From assembly GCA_963815115.1 (NCBI GenBank), contig CAWFFN010000007.1, positions 800,001 through 864,000 on the forward strand: a stretch of DNA of 64,000 nt, written 5' to 3'. Shown here piece by piece: positions 49,545 to 56,944 of this stretch. The position numbers and the translations under genes were made by a program. The DNA comes from an uncultured delta proteobacterium. Its GTDB lineage: Bacteria; Desulfobacterota; Binatia; DP-6. Position 1 is the stretch's first letter. Each line of letters begins with the position of its first letter. The notes under the pieces were generated by a model that was not told the DNA's origin, did not search any database, and saw only the letters and a list, made by a program, of their open reading frames with translations.

Positions 49545-50183
49545 CTACAGGAAATCGCGCAGCCTGTCCCGCAGGCCGTGCGTGGCCCGGAACAGGAGCG
49601 CCTTCACCGCTCCCTCGGTGGTGCCGAGAGCTTCCGCGACGTCGCGGTAGGCCATGCCGTCGAGCCGGGAGAGCAGCAGCGCCGCACGCTGCTTCGGCGG
49701 CAGCGCCGCCACCGCGGCCTCGAGCGCCCTGGCCAGCTCGAGGCTGGCCGCGCCGGCCTCGGGATCGATGGCCTCCGGATCGGGAAGCGGCGGCCCCTCC
49801 CGGGCCTCGGGCTCGTCCTTGCGCGGCTCCCAGAGGTCGACCCGGAGCTGGCGCTCCGGGCGGCGCAATTCGTTCAGGCAGAGGTTGGTCGCGATCGTGA
49901 ACACCCAGGTGGAGAGCCTGCTCTCCGGGCGATAGCGCTGGCGGAAGCGAAACACCTGCACGAAGACGTCCTGGGTGATCTCCTCCGCCCGGGCGTCGTG
50001 TCCCAGCAGCCGACGGACGTATTGCAGCACGCGGGGCCCGAGACGCCGAAACAGCTCGGGGAAGGCGTGCTCCTCCCCTCGCTGCACCTGCAGCATGAGC
50101 TGGACGTCGGGGTCGGCCTCGGCCGCGCCGGCGGAAGAGTCCGGGCGCGCCTGGCCGCCCCCCGGGAGGCCGGCCCGCGTCAT
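49545..50183 (-). CDS. ECF RNA polymerase sigma factor
   Basis: AEEITQDVF, STWVFTIATNLCLN and YRDVAEALGTTEGAVKALLFRA motifs; TACAAT 10 nt upstream of the chosen ATG. Confidence 0.93.
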   Translation of the reverse strand: MTRAGLPGGGQARPDSSAGAAEADPDVQLMLQVQRGEEHAFPELFRRLGPRVLQYVRRLLGHDARAEEITQDVFVQVFRFRQRYRPESRLSTWVFTIATNLCLNELRRPERQLRVDLWEPRKDEPEAREGPPLPDPEAIDPEAGAASLELARALEAAVAALPPKQRAALLLSRLDGMAYRDVAEALGTTEGAVKALLFRATHGLRDRLRDFL

Positions 50184-50313
50184 CGGTAGAGGAATTGTAA
50201 GCCAGGGGGCCGGGAGGGGATAGGCAGCCGCAAGCACCGTCCGTGGAACACCGCGACCGGCCCGAGGTTGCGGACGCTGGCCTGGGTGCCATGAAGCTGC
50301 TAACGCCTGACGA

Positions 50314-51918
50314 GTGACCGGCCAGCACCCCGATCCGTCCCTGGCGAGCCACCTGCGACGCGTGTCCTCCTATGTCGAGGGCACCGGTCTGACCGACGAT
50401 CGCCTCGATCGCCCCGACCTGCGACGCGCCCTGGCGGCCTTCATCACGCTCAGGACCCCGGTGCTCCTCGATCGCTGGGTGTCGGACATCGGATCGGCGT
50501 TGCAGATTCCCGAGCACGATCGCCCCGCCGTCAAGGCGGATCAGGAGGCCGCTCTCGTCCGCTGGGCCCGGCACGTCGCCGACCCACACAACCTGGAGAC
50601 GTATCTTTTTCTACGCAGCCATACGCGTCGCGGCTTCATCGCGCAGTTCACGGCGTCGCGCTTCCTGGTCGCGCAGATGCGTTTCGTGCAGCTCCTGGCG
50701 GAGGACCTGGAGCGCGAGTACGCCAACGACCGGCCTCGCGCCCGGGCGCTGGCCGGGCTCCTCGAGCAGGAGTTCGCCATCCGCATCCTCCACATCACCG
50801 ACTTCTTCGTCGAGGGCCGCGAGGACCTGCTGCTCGAGCAGGAGGCGAGCTACCGGCGCACCATCGATCACACGCCGGCCTGCATCTTCATGGCGGATGC
50901 GGCCGACGGGCGCATCTTCTCGGCCAATGCCGCCGCCGAGGACCTGCTCGGGTACGAGCGCGCCGCGTTCGAGGGACGGGCCGTGGTCGACCTCCACCCG
51001 CCCGCCGAACAGGGGCGTGCCGAAGCCCTGCTGCGCAGCGCGCAGGACCAGGGTCACGCGAGCCGCGACGACCTCCACCTGCGCACGCGCTCGGGCCAGC
51101 TGGTGCCGGTCTTCGTCAGCGCCGGCTTCATCGACTACGGCGACCGCCACTGGCACCAGCTCATGTACGTCGACGTCTCGGATCGAAAGCGCCTCGAGGG
51201 CCAGCTCATCCAGTCCGAGAAGATGGCGGCGATCGGGCAGCTGGCCGCCGGCATCGCGCACGAGCTGCGCAACCCGCTCGCCATCGTGATGAACGCGCTC
51301 TACGATCTGCGCCAGGTGCTCGGTCCCGCGCCGCCCGAGGTCCTGGAGGATCTGCACATCGCCGAGGAGGAGATCAGCCGCGCCCAGGCGATCATCAAGA
51401 ACCTGCTCGAGTTCTCCCGCGAATCGGGAGCGGAGATGGAGCGCGTCGACGTGAACGACCTGCTCACGCGCACCGTCCAGCTCATGCAGAAGTACCTGCA
51501 GAACGCCGGGGTCCGCGTCACCGCCGATCTGGGGGAGGTGCCGCCCTGCGTGGCGAACGCCAACGCCATGCGGCAGATCCTGCTCAACCTGATCACGAAC
51601 GCCGTGCAGGCGATGCCGAACGGCGGCGACCTCTTCCTGCGCACCGCGCGCTCCGTCGGTGATCGCGTGCACCTCGAGGTCCGGGACACCGGGACGGGCA
51701 TCGCGGCCGCGCACCTGCGCGACATCTTCAACCCCTTCTACACCACCAAGGCTCCCGGCCAGGGGACGGGCCTCGGCCTGTCCGTGGTGCATTCCATCCT
51801 CCAGCGCTATCGAGGCGACATTCGCGTCGCGAGCGAGGTCGGCGTAGGAACCACGTTCACCATCGAGCTACCCTGTCCCTGCCACGACGATGCCGGAGGC
51901 GAGCCCGCGCAGCCCTGA
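50314..51918 (+). CDS. Soluble PAS-domain histidine kinase (NtrB-like) with all-helical N-terminal domain
   Basis: PAS domain, SEKMAAIGQLAAGIAHELRNPL, NLITNAVQA, DTGTGI and FYTTKAPGQGTGLGL motifs. Confidence 0.92.
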   Translation: MTGQHPDPSLASHLRRVSSYVEGTGLTDDRLDRPDLRRALAAFITLRTPVLLDRWVSDIGSALQIPEHDRPAVKADQEAALVRWARHVADPHNLETYLFLRSHTRRGFIAQFTASRFLVAQMRFVQLLAEDLEREYANDRPRARALAGLLEQEFAIRILHITDFFVEGREDLLLEQEASYRRTIDHTPACIFMADAADGRIFSANAAAEDLLGYERAAFEGRAVVDLHPPAEQGRAEALLRSAQDQGHASRDDLHLRTRSGQLVPVFVSAGFIDYGDRHWHQLMYVDVSDRKRLEGQLIQSEKMAAIGQLAAGIAHELRNPLAIVMNALYDLRQVLGPAPPEVLEDLHIAEEEISRAQAIIKNLLEFSRESGAEMERVDVNDLLTRTVQLMQKYLQNAGVRVTADLGEVPPCVANANAMRQILLNLITNAVQAMPNGGDLFLRTARSVGDRVHLEVRDTGTGIAAAHLRDIFNPFYTTKAPGQGTGLGLSVVHSILQRYRGDIRVASEVGVGTTFTIELPCPCHDDAGGEPAQP

Positions 51919-51925
51919 CGCCGCG

Positions 51926-53275
51926 ATGCCGGCGCGCATTCTGCTCGTCGAGGACGAGCTGAACATGGCCCGCACGCTGGCGAAGAACCTCGAGCGGGCG
52001 GGCTACGAGGTCGAGCACGCCCCGCATGGCGAGGCGGCGCTCGCCCGGCTGCAGAGCGTCACCTTCGACATCGTGCTCACCGATCTGAAGATGCCCGTCA
52101 TGGACGGCATGGACCTGCTGCGGGCGATGCACGAGCGGCACCTCGGCGCCGCCGCGATCGTGCTCACGGGCTACGGCACGATCGAATCGGCGGTGGAAGC
52201 GATGAAGCTCGGCGCCGCCGACTACATCATCAAGGACGCGCGTCCGCAGGAGATCCTCCTCACCGTCGAACGGGTGCTTCGTCTCACCTCGCTCAAGAGC
52301 GAGAACGCGCGGCTGCGGCGGGAGATTCGCCGCCTGCACGGCTTCGGCGAGCTCATCGGGCACAGCGCGAGCATGGAGACGGTCTACCTGCTGATGGACG
52401 CCGTCAGCCACAACAAGAGCACCGTGCTGCTGAGCGGCGAGAGCGGGACCGGGAAGGAGCTGGTCGCGCGCACGGTGCACCAGCGCGGCGTGCTGCGCGA
52501 CGCGCCCTTCGTCGCGATCAACTGCGCGGGGTTGTCCGAGACGCTGCTCGACAGCCAGCTCTTCGGGCACCGTCGCGGCGCCTTCACGGGCGCGGTCGCC
52601 GACCACGACGGCGTCTTCCGCGCCGCCACTGGCGGCACGCTGCTTCTCGACGAGGTCGCGGAGATCCCGATCGCCCTGCAGGCCAAGTTCCTGCGCGCGA
52701 TCCAGGAGCGCGAGGTCACCCCGCTCGGATCGAGCCGGCCGGTCCCGGTCGACGTCCGCCTGATCGCGGCGACCAACCGCGACCTCGAGGCGGAGGTGCG
52801 CGACGGGCGCTTTCGCGCCGACCTCTTCTATCGCCTGAACGTCGTCCACATCGAGCTGCCGCCGCTGCGCGCCCGGCGCGAGGACATTCCGCCGCTCGTC
52901 GAGCACTTCCTCGCCCGCTACTCCGAGCAGTACCAGGTGGCGCCCAAGCGCATCGCGCCCGACGCCCTCCAGGCCCTGGTCGCCTTCGATTGGCCGGGCA
53001 ACATCCGCCAGCTCCAGAACTCCATCGAGCGCGCCTTCGCGCTCTCGGCGGCCGACGTCGTGTCGCTGGAGGATCTCCCACCCGCGCTGCGCGGCGCCTC
53101 CGTGGCCGAGCCGGCCCGGGCCGCGACCGGCTCCCTGCCGACGCTCGCCGACGCGGAGCGCCAGCTGATCGCGGCCGCGCTCGAGAAGAGTGCCGGCAAC
53201 AAGAACGAGGCGGCTCGCCTGCTCGGGATCGACCGCCAGCGGCTCTACCGGAAGATCGAGAAGTACCACCTGTAG
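51926..53275 (+). CDS. sigma54-dependent response regulator (NtrC/AtoC family)
   Basis: Receiver domain, GESGTGKE, intact GAFTGA, FRADLFYRLNV, WPGNIRQL and Fis-type HTH. Confidence 0.95.
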   Translation: MPARILLVEDELNMARTLAKNLERAGYEVEHAPHGEAALARLQSVTFDIVLTDLKMPVMDGMDLLRAMHERHLGAAAIVLTGYGTIESAVEAMKLGAADYIIKDARPQEILLTVERVLRLTSLKSENARLRREIRRLHGFGELIGHSASMETVYLLMDAVSHNKSTVLLSGESGTGKELVARTVHQRGVLRDAPFVAINCAGLSETLLDSQLFGHRRGAFTGAVADHDGVFRAATGGTLLLDEVAEIPIALQAKFLRAIQEREVTPLGSSRPVPVDVRLIAATNRDLEAEVRDGRFRADLFYRLNVVHIELPPLRARREDIPPLVEHFLARYSEQYQVAPKRIAPDALQALVAFDWPGNIRQLQNSIERAFALSAADVVSLEDLPPALRGASVAEPARAATGSLPTLADAERQLIAAALEKSAGNKNEAARLLGIDRQRLYRKIEKYHL

Positions 53276-53287
53276 GCGCGGTCCGTT

Positions 53288-53941
53288 CTACGATTCGCAC
53301 CAGGTGATGGCGGAGAGTGCGACGGTCTCGACCACGCCCTCCTCGATCACCTGGTGGCGCGTCGTCCGGGCGAGCAGACCGAGGGCGGACAGCTCGGGGT
53401 AGAAGGCGCGGGTGTCGATGCGGGCACCGTCGGCGAGCAGCGCGAGCCCGTCCGGGGCGAGGTGGTCGGCGACGGCGCGCGCCACGGCGGGAAACGCAGC
53501 GCGGTCGTACAGCACCTCGGCGAGCAGCACGAGGTCGAACCGGCGGCGCACGGCGCCGCCGGTCAGGTCGGCGGCCACCACGTCGACCGCGACGCCGTTC
53601 GCGCGCGCGCTCGCACGGACGAAGGAGAGCGCGGCGGCCGCGCGATCGACGAAGGTCACCTTGGCACCGCGGCGCGCCGCGACCAGCCCCGGAAGGCCGA
53701 GCCCGCAGCCGAGCTCGATCGCATGGAGGTGACCGCGCGGCACGGCGGCGGCGAGCACGCGCGCGCCGCTCCACAGATGCGCCCAGTACGGTGGCTCCGG
53801 CGCATCGCCCTCGGCGAGGAGAGCACGGCGGTCGACGTAGCGCTCGAGGTCGTCCACCTGCCAGAGCGCGACGTGCTCCGACCCGACGCGGACGCGCGCG
53901 AGTCTGGCGACGAAACCGGCGATCTCTCTATTGTCACTCAT
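53288..53941 (-). CDS. Class I SAM methyltransferase (METTL21/lysine methyltransferase-like)
   Basis: PYWAHLWSGA, IELGCGLGLPG and FDLVLLAEVLY motifs. Confidence 0.85.
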   Translation of the reverse strand: MSDNREIAGFVARLARVRVGSEHVALWQVDDLERYVDRRALLAEGDAPEPPYWAHLWSGARVLAAAVPRGHLHAIELGCGLGLPGLVAARRGAKVTFVDRAAAALSFVRASARANGVAVDVVAADLTGGAVRRRFDLVLLAEVLYDRAAFPAVARAVADHLAPDGLALLADGARIDTRAFYPELSALGLLARTTRHQVIEEGVVETVALSAITWCES

Positions 53942-54012
53942 CCGGTCTGGTGGTATGGACGCGCCGCAGTCGACACCGGCTGGGAGGAGTCGATGGAGGA
54001 GATGGTCGCCCG

Positions 54013-54558
54013 GTGGGGACCCGATCGCAACCGCCGCTGAGCACCCGGCATCGCGGACGCGCGCTCCGGCGTTCCCGGCGTCGTTTTGCCCGCGTCACGG
54101 CCGCGGCCCTCATCTGCGTGCTGGCCGGATGCGCGGGAAGCGGGACTGGCGGAGGTGGAGGCGGGGGCGGCGGCGGCGGCAACAACTGCAAGACACCGCC
54201 GCCGGCGACGGTCTCCTTCTCGATGAACATCCAGCCGATCTACAACCGCTCGTGCGCCACCTCGTCCGCCTGCCACGTCGGCCCGACGGCAGGGCAAGGC
54301 CTCCAGCTGCAGGAGGGCGTGTCGTACGGCGCCACCGTCAACGTCCCGTCGACCGAGATGCCGAAGTTCCTGCTGGTCAAGCCGGGCGACCCGGACGCCA
54401 GCTACCTGGTGCGGAAGATCGAGGGCGGCCCGAACATCTCCGGTCTGCAGATGCCGCAGGGCTGTCCGGGCACGCCGCTCGGAGGCGCGGTGTGCCTGAG
54501 CGCCGACGACATCGCCGCCATCCGCACCTGGGTGACGGAATGCGCGCAAAACAACTGA
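54013..54558 (+). CDS. Lipoprotein c-type cytochrome-like protein with CX5CH motif
   Basis: Lipobox LAGC, poly-Gly linker, VSFSMNIQPIY..CATSSACH, VKPGDPDASYL, QMP and IRTWV (planctomycete-cytochrome-like). Start uncertain. Confidence 0.75.
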   Translation: MGTRSQPPLSTRHRGRALRRSRRRFARVTAAALICVLAGCAGSGTGGGGGGGGGGGNNCKTPPPATVSFSMNIQPIYNRSCATSSACHVGPTAGQGLQLQEGVSYGATVNVPSTEMPKFLLVKPGDPDASYLVRKIEGGPNISGLQMPQGCPGTPLGGAVCLSADDIAAIRTWVTECAQNN

Positions 54559-55679
54559 CCGCCGCACTCGTCGCCGCGGCGCTGCTCGCGCTCGGCGCCG
54601 GCCTCGCCCGGGCGGAGCCCTACCTCGCCGTCCGCACCGGGGCCAAGTGCGCCGACTGTCACACCAACCTCGACGGCGGCGGGAAGCGCACCTCGTTCGC
54701 CACCATCCACGCCCACGACATCCTGCACGATCTGCAGATCTTGCCGCTGCCCAAGGGCGTGCGGAGCTTCAACGGCGAGCTGAACCAGTGGGTCTCGATC
54801 GGCAGCGACCTGCGGGTTCGCAGCACCACGACCTTTGCGGACACGCCCGATGCGGAGGGGCGGGTCCCGATGAACCGCGCCTTCCGCGATCACGTCGACA
54901 ACGAGAGCCTGAACGTCCCGGAGGCGCTCGGCTACCTCCAGGTCGACCTCTGGCCCGAGGTCCTGACGCTGTACGGCGACTTCAACGCCGCCGGCGGCGG
55001 GGTCACGGCGCGCGAGGCGATGGCGATCGTCCACCTGCCCTTCAGCACCTTCCTCAAGGCGGGACGCTTCTTCCCGCCCTTCGGGCTGAGAGTGTACGAG
55101 GATGCGTCCTTCATCCGGACCAACACGGGGTTCACGTTCCAGAACCCCGACGAGGGCGGGGAGGTCGGGATCATCCAAGGACCGTTCTATCTCGCGACCT
55201 CGGTCACCAACGGCACGCCCGGCGACAAGGACGTCCTCACGAGCGTGAACGGCTACGGCATGTTCGACGACATCCCCGTCCTCCGGAACATCCTCGCGGG
55301 GGCGTCCTTCGCGCGCCAGTCCAATCAGCGCAACGTCGCGGCGTTCTACGGCGGCTCGAACGTCTGGCAGTTCACCTACCTCGGCGAGTTCGACATCATC
55401 GACGACCGCACGACGCTGCCGGCGAACACCGGGCGCAACCAGTTCGCCTCCTATGCCGAGGTCGACTGGCTTCTCTTCGACTGGCTCAACATCCGGGGCA
55501 CCTTCGACTTCCTCAAGGTGTCCGGCGATCGCAACCAGGTGCGCTACCAGATCGGTGCCGAGCCCTTCATCGACAAGTTCATCCAGCCGCGCCTGTACTA
55601 CGTCATCAACAACGGCCCCGGGAACCAGCCGCAGCAGAACACGACTCAGCTCGTGTTCGAGCTGCACTTCTTCTTCTAG
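54540..55679 (+). CDS. Monoheme cytochrome c fused to an outer-membrane beta-barrel (Cyc2-like)
   Basis: Signal peptide, then AEPYLAVRTGAKCADCH, amphipathic beta-strands and C-terminal FELHFFF; start overlaps the upstream gene. Confidence 0.75.
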   Translation: MRAKQLTAALVAAALLALGAGLARAEPYLAVRTGAKCADCHTNLDGGGKRTSFATIHAHDILHDLQILPLPKGVRSFNGELNQWVSIGSDLRVRSTTTFADTPDAEGRVPMNRAFRDHVDNESLNVPEALGYLQVDLWPEVLTLYGDFNAAGGGVTAREAMAIVHLPFSTFLKAGRFFPPFGLRVYEDASFIRTNTGFTFQNPDEGGEVGIIQGPFYLATSVTNGTPGDKDVLTSVNGYGMFDDIPVLRNILAGASFARQSNQRNVAAFYGGSNVWQFTYLGEFDIIDDRTTLPANTGRNQFASYAEVDWLLFDWLNIRGTFDFLKVSGDRNQVRYQIGAEPFIDKFIQPRLYYVINNGPGNQPQQNTTQLVFELHFFF

Positions 55680-55689
55680 CCGCCCCTCC

Positions 55690-56058
55690 CTACTTCACCG
55701 ATTCCACGACGATCCCGTTCAGGCCACCCTGGGCGACCTTGCGGCCCTCGACGGTGATCGTCTTCGCCGCCGAGTCGATGGCCGCGGCGTAGCCCTTCGG
55801 ATTGTCGTGGTCCTCCACCAGAACGTAGACCTGGCTGTCCTCGGTCAGCAGGCCCATCGGAAGTCCCTTCTTGGCGCAGGTCTCGGCACACTTCTTGTGG
55901 GACGCGCCCTTGGACGTCTCGGGATGACCCAGGTAGCAGGAGAGGTCCACGACCTCGCCGGTGACGGTGTCGTCGGCGCGGGCCGCCGGCACCGCTCGCA
56001 TCGCCAGCATCCCCCCCATGGCCGCTACCGCAAGGATTGTCGCTCGTCGTCGTCGCAT
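55690..56058 (-). CDS. Secreted small His/Cys-rich hypothetical protein
   Basis: GGGAGG RBS, signal peptide and GEVVDLSCYLGH..SHKKCAETCAKKGLPMG. Confidence 0.8.
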   Translation of the reverse strand: MRRRRATILAVAAMGGMLAMRAVPAARADDTVTGEVVDLSCYLGHPETSKGASHKKCAETCAKKGLPMGLLTEDSQVYVLVEDHDNPKGYAAAIDSAAKTITVEGRKVAQGGLNGIVVESVK

Positions 56059-56092
56059 GCTTCCTCCCGTGCTCATGAAACCTGCGCCGAGC

Positions 56093-56563
56093 CTACTGGC
56101 GCCCGGGATTGGGGTCAACGGACTCCGGAACGCTGTCCGGCGCATCCAGCGCAGGTGTGAACACCGCCAGCGTCACCGCCGTGGCCTCGCCACGCCGCGC
56201 GAACCAGTGCACGCGCCCGCGAGAAATCACGGCGGCATCACCGGGGTGCAACGGCGTCTGGGTCCCGTCCAGCGTCAGCACACCCTCGCCGCGCAGCACG
56301 AAGGCGGTCAGGTCGTGGCTGCGGTGCCGGTGGGGCGACTCGGCGCCACGCACCTGGACGATGTGGTAGCTGGCTGCCGGGGTCCGCGCCACCTCGTCGG
56401 CGCGCAGGGCCTGCCCCGCGCCCAGGGGATGCGTCGCGAGAAAGGCCTCGAGGCCACCGGGCACGGCGCCCGCCACCACCGGAGGTCTGCGGATCGCACA
56501 CCCCGAGGCGATAAGCCACACCAGGAGGAAGGCCCGGGCGACGGGTTCCGTGCAAGCGCGCAT
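56093..56563 (-). CDS. Cupin-domain lipoprotein
   Basis: Lipobox-like ASGC; ESPHRHRSHDL..LRGEG and PGDAAVISRGRVH cupin motifs. Confidence 0.8.
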   Translation of the reverse strand: MRACTEPVARAFLLVWLIASGCAIRRPPVVAGAVPGGLEAFLATHPLGAGQALRADEVARTPAASYHIVQVRGAESPHRHRSHDLTAFVLRGEGVLTLDGTQTPLHPGDAAVISRGRVHWFARRGEATAVTLAVFTPALDAPDSVPESVDPNPGRQ

Positions 56564-56705
56564 GGTCGAGTCCAACGTCGAACCAAACCAGGGGCGGGCC
56601 TCGGGTGCAACCCGGCGGCGGGCGGGTTGCTCGGACCAGATTTCAGTTGACGACTGCAACCGAGCTGGGCGAGACTTCGCGCCACCACCGTTCTGGGGGT
56701 GACTC

Positions 56706-56879
56706 GTGTTGACCGGCCTCGACGCGGTAGTGATCGAAAGATTGGTGACCGGCGGACTTCTCGCGGCACTTGCAGTTGCCATAGCGTTCGGTCCCGAGCT
56801 CCGACAAGCGCTCACACGTCTCCGGCACCGCGACGCTCCCGATCGCCGACCGATCGGCGTCGAGTCCCGTCTGTCGTGA
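56706..56879 (+). CDS. Possible 57-aa single-TM small protein (not in ORF track)
   Basis: GGGGGTG RBS-like site, then MLTGLDAVVIERLVTGGLLAALAVAIAFGPELRQALTRLRHRDAPDRRPIGVESRLS*. Confidence 0.4.
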   Translation: MLTGLDAVVIERLVTGGLLAALAVAIAFGPELRQALTRLRHRDAPDRRPIGVESRLS

Positions 56880-56944
56880 TGCCGCGCGGCGCCAGCCGCG
56901 CACGCACGGTTTCCACCGGGTAGGGGCGCTGCTACAGTCGCGCC

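Noticed and set aside
50291-50317. 8-codon uORF MKLLTPDE overlapping the kinase GTG
   Set aside because: No RBS and too short to distinguish from chance.
54148-54180. GGN repeat as a VNTR
   Set aside because: Mixed synonymous Gly codons encoding a linker after the lipobox; a protein-level feature.
56763-56782. GGCAC..TTGC sigma54-like motif
   Set aside because: GG-to-GC spacing is 11 nt, not the required 10.
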